Part shown: piece after piece, positions 40,401 to 52,461 of the stretch
How positions within the stretch are numbered: the first letter of the stretch is position 1
Layout of the letters: each line of letters begins with the position of its first letter
Source: Lingula anatina
Taxonomy: Eukaryota; Animalia; Brachiopoda
Direction of reading: 5' to 3'
Length of the DNA stretch: 64,000 bases
Assembly (NCBI GenBank): GCA_051362555.1
Contig: CM120640.1
Coordinates: 20,770,001 to 20,834,000, forward strand
Notes under the pieces: model-generated
What the model was told of the DNA's origin: nothing
Databases searched by the model: none
What the model saw: the letters and a program-made list of their open reading frames with translations, nothing else
Translations under genes and position numbers: made by a program

Positions 40401-43400
40401 TTTATTTTTACTCTAGGCGGGGGCGCAAACCATTTTTGATTGGCACAATGAAGCGAATCAGCAGTTTTTAGACGCAAAGACGGTAACCATTTCTTTTTTT
40501 TACATTTCCCCAATGTTTTCACAGTTGGAAAATGTTGTTTCTGTCAAAATGTTTATTCGAATATGATGATCTTTCTCTATGGTTACAGGTTTTTAAGTAT
40601 CAAACAAAACGGGTATAATCAAGTGTATTACATGTTTTTAAGCTGCAACATATTTATGAACATGTGTATTTTTATAGGGCAGGGGTGTCTGTGCCAAAGT
40701 TCGGATCCAGATCGTGCAGGAATTGGTTCTCACAAGAGATGCGTTTGAAGCGACACTGGAAATTGAAAATGGCGAGACAAATACTTTGGAGAAGATTAGA
40801 GTTGAAATAATAATCACTCGGAGTGAAACTGGCGAAAGAGCAACCGAATTGTTTTCGATAGGTAATGCATTTTTTTTTTTTTTGTAAGAATAATGATATC
40901 CAGTAATCTCTTATGGCCAAAATGCTCATGTTATATGTAATTAAATAAAAGCCCGTCAATTTAGATGCCGATTAATTCTGTTTATGTCATGATACTTAAA
41001 AACGTCTTTTTCAGACAGATATGGTCACAGTTGAACTTATATTTAAAAATTATGCCAACTTTTTTTTTTCGTATGCAGGATTAACAAACAGAAAAACGGG
41101 GTCGTTTTACCGAACTTCCCTGTGGTTGTTCTTTTTAAAAAAAAGACCAGTTTGGATCACATATTATATTTTATACTCAGGTCAGCCCAAGCTATCCGGA
41201 TTAACGGACGTGTCTGGAAATGGTACCCTTACTCCAAAACAAGAGGGAAGCTCTATCTGGCTTATAGTACCTTACAGTGAGGCGGCACCTCAAGAGGACA
41301 CTCAATATGACATGGGTACATTAAATTAATCAATGATTTGTGTTTAATAGTAGTTTACAGTTTGTAAGTATTGATAGTGGCATCCGGTGCTTTCGAAAGT
41401 AAATGCATTATGGTGGAAATCAATGACTAATATTTGTTTGAAAAAAATCCGAGTTTAGAATAGAATTAATAGAGTATTTACAGTATTTTAAACATTTTTC
41501 ACTTGTAAAAATGCTTTGATTGGATACTCGCATCTATTTTACATTTCATTGGTATAATTGGTGGTAGGATGTTCAATATTTAGCCCTTACTTATCTTGCA
41601 GGAGGGAAACTATTTTATACACTTAACGGAGAAGAAATCACAGTTCCTCTTTTCCCTGACACCGTGACCGTTAAACCAGACCCACGCCTTCACATTAACT
41701 ACTTCTTGGAAAAGTATGTCCTAGGGGACGATCCATTCACAACAGGTACCTGGTGTATACAAAATCATTTTTACATTGTAGAGGCGGCAGATGTTTATTA
41801 TTTTAGTGACGTGTCAGTTGAGCAGCAGTATGAAGAGGATTGGCAGCTGAAAGCCATTGCGGAAATTGGCGTAATTGCATTGGCTAAGATGAGTACAAAA
41901 AAAAACTGAAAGACTTTCAAAATGCAGCTTTAGAAAATGAGAACTCCTCTCATCTGTCGCTTTTTTCCGCAAGTACATTTTACAAATATATTCACCGTAA
42001 GCCTTGCATAGTAGGTTAATAAGACACTTTTGTTGAATTTTTCTAGATGTTGTTGAACCATCGGTCCCGTTCTCGCTGGGGGTATTGGTTTCAAATACAG
42101 GGTATGGTTCCGCAAACCAAATGCAGATCACGTCAGCTCAGCCTGAAATTATTGATAACGAGAAGGGACTACTTATCAGTTTCAAAATCATTGGCGCTCA
42201 GCTGGGGGCAGAACCGATTTCGACGTCCTTGACTGTGAATTTTGGAGACATACTACCAAATACTACAAAAATGGCGAGATGGATGATGACGTCATCGCTA
42301 CCAGGAAGATTTTCTAATTATTCGGCGACGTTCGAGAATATCAATCCATTAGGTAATATCTTAAGATTTTATACTGTTTTTGATATTATTGATAAATATA
42401 AGTGTGTATTCTGAATAGATATTGTGGGTTGAAATAGGTATATCCCATGTTATTTATTCATAAGCAGAAATGTCTAACATTTACAGAAAGGGCAGTACAA
42501 TTATGACGATGGTATTGACTTCTGTTTTTGTTGCTACCCGAGGTAGAAAGTACAAAACCTTTTTTTCTTTCATATTATTTATTCACTATTTCTCCATCTC
42601 TCCCTCTGTTACATCTTTCAATCTCCTGCGGCCTTCTCGCTGCTTTACTCGCTTCGTGAAATTTAACCGCCAACCTCACAGAATTTCGACTCACAAAAAT
42701 GTATGTCCACTCAAATTGAATGTGAAATATTAATTTGTTTTTAGGAGACCCTCAGTTATCAGTTTTAGATTCCGTTGAATTTCACGAGCTTCTACATGTC
42801 GTTCGTGTGGAACCAGACGACGGCATTCCGGACTTCTTGGTCGTGCCAGACATGAGTTTGGATTTACTTCCCAATTTTATATACACCAGTCACGACGGAA
42901 ACAACCCATACCCTGTGTCATCTGCAAACATAACTCATATTCAGTTTAATGGTGGCAAAGAAATAAAGGTACTGCAATGGCATTAAAAGCTTTTAAACTC
43001 CTTAAGAAAAATTACTCTGTGTTCATTGGCATATTTCTTAATGAAGATCAGAAATTATTTATCTGATTTTTTAAATTCTTCTTGGCAAGTGAAAACATAT
43101 AGACATGTATACAGTAGGCCTGTTAACGCTCACTTTTTGATATGAAATAAACCAGGTAATGCACGTAATCTTAATTAAACAATCTGTTGTTAATATAATC
43201 TATCTTTTTACAGTTAACAGTGAAGTCGGACAGCAGCGGTTGGATTTATGCCAGAACTGAATTCAGTGAAGATTTATCACTAGATGTCGACTCTGTTACT
43301 CGTTCCGATGGAAAAACAATATTACCTGACTACAATATGTGGATTGGCAAAATAAACGACAATTCGTTACTACAGATTGTAGATTTTTATGAAAATACAA

Positions 43401-46400
43401 CCGGCGTGCACATGTACATGTACACCGTCAAACTGGCAAGAAAAAATATCTTTGCTCCAAAGTTTGACCCGACATACATATCACTGAATGTTACTGAAGG
43501 GACACCAACTGACACTCTTATTTACACTGCTATGGCCATGGATAACGATACTCCCCCTGAGAACATGGTTTCATACCACTTACAGAGTACCGGTAGTGTG
43601 CCTTTCAGCGTAAACGATCAAAGCGGGGAAATCAGGGTGTCAGGAGATCTGGATAGAGAAATGGAGGACATCATTTCATTCCGTATTCTAGCAACGGACG
43701 GAGGGGAGCCACAAAAAACTGGAACTCTGTCCGTGGATGCCCATGTTATCGATGTCAATGACGACTACCCTGTATTCAACCCTACTCAATATTCAACTAA
43801 CTTAGAGGTTGATGCGCCAGTATCATATTCCTTTGTTCAAGTATTTGCTACAGACCGAGATAGCGGTTCCAATGGCCAACTTACATACGGCATAATCAAT
43901 CCAGATGGAACATTCGAAATTGATCCCGACACTGGCGAATTACGGGTGGCATCTTCGTTAAACACCTCTTTGTCGCCTTATTTGTTGGAGATATTTGCTG
44001 AAGATCGTGGAATTCCCTCGAGGCGCAGCCCAGTGCTCGCACTTGTGACCATTAAAGTAACACCTGTTAATCGCAACGCCCCTGTATTTGATGCTGACGT
44101 CAACAGTTTCTCGATAACAGAAGCTGCGATTATAGGCACGGTGGTTGGCTTTGTGTCAGCATCAGACCACGACACCTCACAGACGGTCACATATATGCTG
44201 GGTCCAAACCAAAACGTTCCTTTCGAAGTGAACACAACCAGTGGAGCCCTGAGAACAACTGGTCTTTTGGACTACGAAAAGGCCAAGTTGTACGAGTTTA
44301 CCGTTCTTGCAAAGGACAACGGCAACCCACCGACTGGAAGTCTAACTGGCACCACGACGGTGTCGGTAAATGTTACTGATGTGAACGACAACGCACCCGC
44401 GTTCGTTGACAATGCATACGACGTGACTATCCCCGAGGACTCTGAGATGGGAACGAATGTCGTTCTCACGGTCGCTTTTGATGCAGATTCTGGCGAAAAT
44501 GGTCGGATCTCGATTGTAACGTTAATGGGATCTGACCTTCCATTCGAAGTCAGTTTTGATGGACCCAACATAAGTGTCCGGACCACGGGTTTGTTGGACA
44601 GGGAAACCAAGGGATCGTATGTTTTTAATATGGTTGCTTTGGATGCCGGGGTTCCTCAGATGACGGGTTTGGCACAGATCACGGTGACAGTAGAAGATGT
44701 GAATGACAACCCACCTGTCATTACGCCGCCAGCCGACCCGGTGACCTTGGCACCAGACACGCCCGTTAACACTGAAGTAACCACAGTCCAGGCAACCGAT
44801 GCTGACATCACAGGTTTATATTACGTTTTTCTAGATGATCGACAACGAATTATGTTCATGTCTTATAATCTTAAAGTGAAGTCTCGTTTAAGGAATATCT
44901 AAGGTAAAACTTTTTGCACGTGATATGCCACAGAGTACTTTTACTGGTACCGTCAATGTGTATATGAGGAATAAATGTGTTATCATAGAATGAACCATAC
45001 TTGTATGATTATTATAGTCCCATTATCAATATCAATTTTGTACTATGCTTTTAGGAATGCTTCGATATTCTTTGTCGAATGATGGTTCCCGAAAGTTCGC
45101 CATCAACGCTGAGACTGGGGCTATTCGTCTAATAAAGCCATTGGCCGCGGCCCAGACATCGTTTACTGTCGACGTTTTGGTAACAGACGGCGTGCATAAT
45201 GTCACGGCCAGTGTCAACCTGCAAGTTGCAACGTCCAACACCTTTGCTCCCGTTTTTAACAAAACCAAATATGAAACGATGGTAATCAATTATATTCTTT
45301 TATCAGAAAATTGTACTAAGTTGTGTCAATCTTAACTTAATACCTCAGTACTATTTACGCTAACTTCCGCCCTCCTTAATGTAAAAATAAAGAAATAGTT
45401 CGTTATAAAACAGATACAACAAAAGCCTACCTTCTCTAGACATGAGACCGAGTTAGAATGTAAGTGGAGAGTCAAGATTTACCAATATTGATGTTACAAT
45501 TAATCATAACACTTAATATATTACAGGTACTCGAAAACTCTGCCCCAGGGGTAGTTGTAGAGACGGTAGTTGCAACTGATCAAGACAGCAGCGTAGTGAC
45601 GTATTCTATAGCTGATGGTAATGTTGGGAGTGCATTCACAATTGACGCCGTTTCAGGTAAGTTTTCATTCCACTTGACACAGTTAAGTTTATACAACATT
45701 ATATGGAAAATATGTAGTACTGGATGTTCCATATGCATTTATTTTTAACAACAGTATGTAATTCTGCCTTATACACTTAATACGTCAATCACCCTATGTC
45801 TTTATATCGAAACAAGGGGTTGGTGCAATTAAGAGTTTTTTTTTTCGGAATTAGACCTAGCATTTATACTAAAGAACATACTTTTAAGTATTAAAATTAA
45901 ATTAAAATTAAGTATTTGGTATTTTAATCAATAGCCTTAGAAGGGCAAATGGGTCTGATGTTAATTGATTGCTGACACTCTGTTGAAAGGAAGAAAAATG
46001 GCGGTCATTTTATGATACGGACACTACGATAAGCTCCTTCACCGATCCCTTTTTGTGGATAGCAGATACAAAATATTTATCTAAGAATTGAAGAAATTTC
46101 TAGAACCAGAAGTAATGGTTATAATGTAATTCAATTTTATTTTATTTTCAAGGCCAAATCACTGTCCAAGGAAGTTTAGACAGAGAAAGCAGACCTATGT
46201 ATAATTTGACAGTCGTGGCAAGTGACAGTGGCATCAACGGGCAAAATATCCTTACCTCAGCTGTACCCGTCTTCATCACAGTTGGAGATGTCAATGAGTT
46301 TACTCCAGAATTTCAGGAGACCGAACTGGTGTCTCGCATATTTGAAAAACTGCCCGGGAATACTTTCCTAAGAGAGGTGAGCTTTTTTGTTCTGTTCAGT

Positions 46401-49400
46401 AACATCAGTTCGAGCTTAATACCTGTTTTGTAATTTTAATGCGTAAGGTGATGTGAACTGATACAGAACGTTTAGTTTGGAGAGAGAGGAACGGAGCTAT
46501 GATAAATTTTATCCCCAAATATCCCACGCCCTGCTCGGTCAAGCAGCCTGTTTTGTTTAATACCAATAACACTCAATAAAACGGTATTTTCCTCCATCTT
46601 TCAGTTTAAAGTTCAGGACAATGACACTGATCAGACTATCAAATTCACGTTGATACAATCAGCAGAAAATGCTTTCTTCATCTCTTCCGACGGCCAGATA
46701 TATACAACCAAATCACTGGACAGGGAGATGACTGGCCTTTACAGAATGGCAGTAGTTGCAAAGGACGATGGTAATATCCACACAAAACATACACGTGCAC
46801 TCCGTATATGGTAGTGTGAAAGTACTTAATATTAATGGCACACTAATCATTGTTTTTAAGTGAGTGCAGAACCATCTTGAAATGCCTTTGATTGACATAA
46901 AGGATATGCGTTATGTCCCTTTGTCATTGTTACCTGGTGATTTGGTTCTGAAATATTCATTTTGGTTCTTTCACACTTGTTCATTGCAAATTTGATATTT
47001 TATGTAGGTGTTCCCCCACGAAGTTCCACCATGGACCTGGAAGTACAGGTCCTCGATGTCAACGACAACGCCCCGGTCTTCACTGCTCCCTCCTATAATG
47101 AAACTGTAAACCTGGCTGACCTCCCTGACGGTTCAGACGCAATCCTCACCGTGAAAGCCGTTGATGCAGATATTGATGCCAATGGTGTTGTACGATACGG
47201 CTTAGAGTCCTCCCCAAATGATTATTTTGAGATCGACAGCATAATGGGAGTAATCCGCATACTGCCTGCAGGCCGGAACGTTGTTGGAGAGAGGACCGAA
47301 ACCCTTACGGTTGTCGCTACAGACCTGGGTACCCCGCCACAAACTTCAGCTGCAGTAGCAAGAATCACGTTGATTGGGGCTGAGACTCCACGTACAAACT
47401 ATTCAATTGAGGTAAGAAAACCTAACTTAAGATCTGTCAGTAGGAAAAGCACATATGCACGTATCACCCAACAAGGCCCTCTGTTGAAGTAGAGTAATCT
47501 GAGATATTGGTGGTGGATTGATTTATTTCATTTCTTTGCAACTTATGATAATTTGGCCTCTTCGTCGTTTAAAAGTGTTTGACCCAGTAAACGGATAGAT
47601 TATTAGACATTACGTTATAGTTTCGCAGTTAACACGTCAGGAACTTGGTCCTGGGGACGATTTCACATATTACAGGACTGTCTTAAAAATGAGTAGTGAC
47701 TTGAGGCATATGCTTATAAGCAGTTATCTTTCTTAGGATGGGAAAATGAATCTCTTAAGACTAAATCCTTGTTACAAAGTAGGCGCAATACTTAATTTAA
47801 CACTACTTACTTATTGTGGGTCAAGGAAGACTTAAATATTGGCCTTAAAGTTTGGATCAATTTTTATCTTATAGGTATCTGAAGACACATTGCCCGGATC
47901 CACCATTCTACACTTAAATGTAACCCAGGTTGGTCTCAGTGTTGTCTATACAATAGTGGACGGAAATGCGGAAGGGAAATTTTCTGTCGAGGTGCATGGT
48001 AAGTACAACCACCTGCTGGAATTCAATTATCTTTTCTACTGATTGTTCCCCAGCTACTGATAAGATATTTATTCAGTTGGTTGCAATCAAGTCACGCTTT
48101 CGCAAATGTTGGAATTAGAAAGATGCCAACCTGCAGGTATCGGGATAATATTGATGAATTGAATTATATAAATGAAACTTTTAATGTAGATGGTTTTCCT
48201 GTCATCCATTTTTTTGTAAGAATATTTAGCCACTGTTGATTGTTTTATGGGTCATTCCTCCTACAGGTCACCTCGTGTTGGAATTACGGTTGGATAGAGA
48301 AACGACACCGTCATACGTTTTAACACTGAATGGAACAGATGGACAGTTTACCGTTCATATCACTGTAACAAGATCGACGTCATCCACGTCAACAACGACG
48401 TCAACAACGACCCCGACAACGACGACGACAACGGAGACTTTGACAACGACGACGACGGAGACTTCGACAACGACGACAACAGAGACTTCGACAACGACTT
48501 CATCAGAAACGGAGTCAACGACAACGGTACTGACACCGTCTACCACCACTCCAACTATCCAGCAGCTGAATGAAGGTGCTTTCGTTTTTCTTTATTTTTA
48601 TGTCAAACTGCGTTGGAAGTTTCACTATGTAAACATCTGTGTTTAAATCAGTTGTCTTTACGCTTGTATTTTAATTACGTCCCATGTTTGCATGTTTTCA
48701 ATGTGTTGTTCATGTCTGAAAAGACACAGAACAAATGTTTTGCTTAATAGCAACAAAATGTCCAGTATGTTAATGAATTACATAAATAGATTTGTATCGA
48801 GTTTTGAGTTCATAATATGTAAACTTAATTTGTCAATAATTCCTTCAGAATTGACTGCGAAGAGACGGGAAGTGTTTGACGTCATGGAACAACTCAAAGA
48901 CGCAGCTCTGCCTACCCAGGACTTCATGCGTATGTTTAACCAGTGGAGGATAATGGTAGGTTTTGACAGTAGAGATCTGTCATCAACCGTTATATCGTGT
49001 GAAATACTTTCAACATGCTGTCGTGCTTTAGGACCTCTTTCTCTACCCTCATGTACATACTATTAAACGGTAGTCGTTTTCTTTTTCGAGGCCAATTTTT
49101 TTTTTAACATTTCTCAAACATTTACGTATGTTTCCAAGTAAATATGTTTTGGATATGTATTAAATACGAATATTTGGAAAGGACATTAAAGGAAGTGAAT
49201 GATTTGGACAAGTATATAAAGGGGTGTAAATCCACGTGCATGGCGCAGCATTACGTCTGCTCCATGAAAAGTAATATACTGTGCGGGTATCCAGTGACAA
49301 AGGTTCTTGAGAAAGAAAAAACTAGGTTAAATCAAAGAATACAAATGTATATTGGTTAGTTCGGGGTCAAGATAAAGATATAAAAGTCCTGCGTTTGGGT

Positions 49401-49622
49401 AAAATAATATTAAGACCCATCCCAGGTTCTAGTAATGTGACTCCGACTTTCCAAAGACTGCCCTACACCAATTTACTCCCAACCCCGGGTAAATTTACAC
49501 AAAGCAAACAAATGTTTTTAATTCAATGTATGCGGTTTGGTAGATATGATTTTTTATTATTCCAGATTTTTGACTACCTACAAGTTTACAATGAGCGACA
49601 GGAGCGAATGAAAGAAGAATAG
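15273..49622 (+). CDS. Giant multi-exon mosaic extracellular protein: FA58C - 4x beta-helix module (+SRCR) - EGF - IPT - Ig-like - Cys-rich cassette - uncharacterised conserved module - ~9 cadherin repeats - Thr-rich stalk - helical tail; 5' signal exon not located
   Basis: Large ORFs 18990-20354, 22125-23129, 25355-26188, 28649-29974 and 43220-44902 are joined by many small phase-compatible exons, from 15273 (ag|CTTGCCCC..) to stop TAG 49620-49622. AATAAA at 49718. No stops or frameshifts in the exons I translated. Confidence 0.85.
16703..17868 (+). repeat. Two ~168-bp near-identical direct repeats (16703-16870, 17700-17868) in neighbouring introns
   Basis: atgtgtatatttgggaagtcaacaaatacgtgaatgg...aatctcaaaaattag occurs twice with about 3 differences. 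Confidence 0.92.
17412..29712 (+). CDS. Four tandem right-handed beta-helix (PbH1) modules of the giant gene
   Basis: Asn-rich repeats (I.NN.F..N). Modules open with SPF/SPY..LTI.(P/A)G..G..V.G and close with [24 protein letters not shown] and DARHNWWG, each followed by RI.D...V...P.L. Confidence 0.88.
18248..18341. repeat. CCTATAGG palindromic minisatellite ending in ttttcgtaaggg (probable single MITE end)
   Basis: About seven (t)cctatagga copies, with degenerate copies at 18061-18090. No matching opposite terminus found. Confidence 0.65.
23413..24515 (+). CDS. SRCR domain (exons 23413-23593 and 24361-24515) inserted in the third beta-helix module
   Basis: [44 protein letters not shown] then [25 protein letters not shown], matching the SRCR consensus. 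Confidence 0.92.
23662..24230 (+). repeat. Local tandem duplication of a ~115-bp unit + poly-A + (TA)n in the SRCR intron
   Basis: tttttagagaaaatg(c/t)tcggtgc...ggttaccttc A(n)(TA)n at ~23663 and ~24025. Confidence 0.9.
27592..27828. mobile_element. Tc1/mariner-like MITE (~235 bp) in an intron
   Basis: 29-bp TIRs acacactggacaatagaagtgttacccct / aggggtgacacttctattgtccagtgtgt (1 mismatch). CACTG-type end; TA TSD not preserved. Confidence 0.75.
29713..31842 (+). CDS. EGF-like repeats and IPT/TIG domain exons of the giant gene
   Basis: [49 protein letters not shown], laminin-type EGF ([24 protein letters not shown]). IPT motif [38 protein letters not shown] further EGF at 31627-31842. Confidence 0.88.
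32167..42968 (+). CDS. Ig-like/beta-sandwich domains, Cys-rich cassette and uncharacterised conserved module of the giant gene
   Basis: About 20 in-phase exons, e.g. [28 protein letters not shown] (36430), [29 protein letters not shown] (40678), [25 protein letters not shown] (41664), [38 protein letters not shown] (42085), [11 protein letters not shown] (42745). Confidence 0.82.
34650..34719. repeat. (TAA)n(TTA)n inverted microsatellite
   Basis: Directly visible; self-complementary. Confidence 0.95.
39084..39200 (+). repeat. ~44-bp minisatellite, ~2.7 copies
   Basis: attgtctgtatataatggtgagacaattact(t/g)ctaggctggt repeated. Confidence 0.9.
43213..48370 (+). CDS. About nine extracellular cadherin repeats of the giant gene
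   Basis: Repeated PE/xE, A.D.D, LDRE/LDYE and DVND(N/D)xP motifs in ORF 43220-44902 and in exons near 45055, 45526, 46152, 46605, 46989, 47874 and 48267. Confidence 0.95.
48371..49622 (+). CDS. Thr/Ser-rich mucin-like stalk and terminal helical exons (48849-48955, 49566-49622)
   Basis: [31 protein letters not shown].. then [36 protein letters not shown]|[18 protein letters not shown]. Splice phases are compatible. Confidence 0.72.
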
Positions 49623-49717
49623 AGGTTGGGACGACAACGTTTTGTTTAAAACACACACACGCTCAACTGTTGCTTTGATCATGCGTAATACATCGAGCTG
49701 ACATGCAGAAATAATTC

Positions 49718-49723
49718 AATAAA
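49718..49723 (+). promoter_or_regulatory. Candidate polyadenylation signal of the giant gene
   Basis: AATAAA ~95 nt after the stop codon; a second at ~49795 precedes a GT-rich tract. Confidence 0.5.
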
Positions 49724-49859
49724 AATTATATATATGACATTAAATTGGGGCTTTATGTGTGATTTCATTACTCGAAACTTAATATATACAGAATAATAAA
49801 TTAAAATTATTTTTTTCCTCCTTCTGTTGGTGTGTGTATTCGATGTGTGTGTGTTTTCG

Positions 49860-49901
<42 letters not shown>

Positions 49902-50263
49902 TTCAATGAATTAAGATGTAAGTACATAATTGTTTCTGAATTCATTTACCTTGTCATACTTAAGACAAATTTTGACGATATATTAATCAATGAAGTGACT
50001 GCTGAAAAAAATGGATCTTTATTGTACTGAGAAACGTATTGAATATGCATTCCACTGCAAAGCTAATTTTGTTAATAAGGATGACAGATTTAAGATGATA
50101 TTTGTATAATACGCTTTTGTTGCTTCGAAATTTGAATTGAATTGAAATCTATTTTTCCAGTATTTTACATTTGTTAACAACATTAGCCTACAATTGTTTA
50201 TCACTAGAAAGTGTTGATTTGAAATAACAGACGTTTGTCAATCAGAATCTTTAATATTCCAGA

Positions 50264-52156
50264 AGTACATGCTTGTAATTATTTTATTCTTATGTTCTTA
50301 GTTAAAGCAGCTTTTTGGTATTTGATTATTGTTTCATGGAAAGAATAAAACACTTTACATATTGTTTTAATTATGTAGTTAGAGAAAGCTTGCATAGCGT
50401 CAGGGATGAACACATTGCTTTCTTCAATATCGTAATTTGCTTTTTTTTTTTTTTTTTTTTTTTACTTGTCTTTTGTGTTAAGATTGATTACTTACTTCTA
50501 ATATATAGAAATAAATGCTGTGTTCGGAAAAAATACCTTCTTGTCAAATATCAACATTTTATTCACAGCATAGTATATATAACTTGTTGTAAATAGATAT
50601 ATTTATGTGGATTTCTTTGTTCTTCCTTGTTTGCATAGAACAAGTCTGTTTACATCTGCTAATTATAACAGTAGATCTATAATTGCTAAACGGAAAAGAA
50701 GAATCGTGTTTAACTATTCAAGTAAGTAGTAGTGTGGGAAAGGGCTGTACTTTAAATCTACATCACAACAAAAATTAGGATGATTGATTCTGACCACATA
50801 TGTCAATAATTGCCGACGTACGCTCCTATTCAAAGTGATTTAAAGAAATATTGTCTTTTCAAGTGGATTATAGAATGCTGCTTCATCCAGGGTTTTTTAT
50901 TTGGCCTTTGGGAGGACCTTCCTTTAAATAAACACAACTAAAATGTATTGATGTCTCTGGAAGACCAGTATTGTTTCATTTGATCGACTGAAACAACGAA
51001 CAGGTATTATGAATTTTCTGTTTTTGATTTGAGACTGTATATTGTTTTTATAGCGTCCTGAAAATCAGTGCATTGGATTGTAAGTACAGAACTAAAACGA
51101 AACAGATGAAAAAATATGTTCAGAATACAAAAAATAGAGTAGCCCATTATATTTCGCGACACAAAAAAATTACAGATAAACCATGTTTTATTTTACAGTT
51201 CAACAGATACACTGTATTCTCAGAGTAGCTTCCAAACCCATGGGTACATATAATGATGTCAAAACCCATCGGTTTATTTATCAGAAGGTGAAATAGGGTT
51301 TTCGTTGGCTCTCTTTAAAGGTAAACAGTATCTTAATAGACCGAGTTCTTTTTTCCCCAGTATAGGCGTTCCTTCATAGAGTCGGTTAAAAAAATATATA
51401 TATAATTTTATTCTCATACGCTTTATACATTAGATGCAAAAAAAAAAAAAAATGTGGCGAAAGTAATAAAAATTATGTGAAGAGGTGTTCATATTTGATA
51501 ACATTCGGGTGCTGAAAAAATTTGTCTCTGTACCTCTTAACTTTCTTTTTACTTACTGTATTTTTTATATCCATTTAATGTAAGTTGCCTGATATAGAAG
51601 TTAGACCGAAAACCCTCTTCGACACTTTCTCCCTCGTGGAACCATTGGTCGTGCATGCTTAATACGAAGGCAGGTAGACAGACCAATATACAGTGTTAAA
51701 CAAAAGGAATGCAGAGATGAAGAGGTACCGCGATGTATAATCGACCATTTCTGCGGGCGTCCTTTTGGCGCAGTGGATCAGCGGTGATGTTTTCACACCG
51801 ACCCATGACGACTCTGACGGTGTGGAAGAATGGCCTGGCAGCTCACTGGCCTGAAATCAGACGGATTAAAAAAATATGATCTTAATGTCTTTGCTGGTAT
51901 AATTTAATATGTTATAGCTCTATCATCTGCCTCAATGAACATCTTATCTCTCTCCGGATCACTTTTTACCTTTCGTGGACACTAACACCTTATCACTACC
52001 CACTGTGCACCGCCTACCTCATCTGGTTTAGCCAATCCCTTTACGTCTTCTGCCTTTTTTCTTCTCAAGAGAAAGTTGACAACGGCGTATTCCAACATGG
52101 ACGCCATTACGAATACCAAGCACACGGAGTTCCACACGTCTATGGCTTTGACGTAA
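50264..52156 (+). repeat. Source copy of the duplicated block (3' end and downstream flank of subunit A)
   Basis: Matches 1-2228; this copy keeps intact reading frames and lacks the 458-1098 insertion. Confidence 0.95.
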
Positions 52157-52418
52157 GATACCTTTCAATTAAAACGTACTAAGTGAAATATCGATTTTGA
52201 TGCATGTATAATTTAATGTATAATAAGTATATTAATTCTACAATGAGCTTTTTTACCATATTATTTGAAATAAACATCTCTTCCCTCTCTCTCTCTATCT
52301 CTCAGTTATGCACCTTGCATTCTCATAAATACGAGTCAATATCATCCAGTAACTGATTCGTCTATGATACTGAGAGTAAGGAAACCTGCTTGCGTACATC
52401 TTTAATGCTGATAAACAG

Positions 52419-52461
<43 letters not shown>

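Noticed and set aside
36414-42968. Bacterial contamination as the source of the bacterial-looking module
   Set aside because: It is split by many GT-AG introns and is in phase with animal-type EGF and cadherin exons.
19664-48549. Antisense ORFs overlapping large exons (e.g. 19664-19939, 29582-30048, 44272-44610, 48355-48549)
   Set aside because: Shadows of codon bias on the coding strand; no independent motifs.
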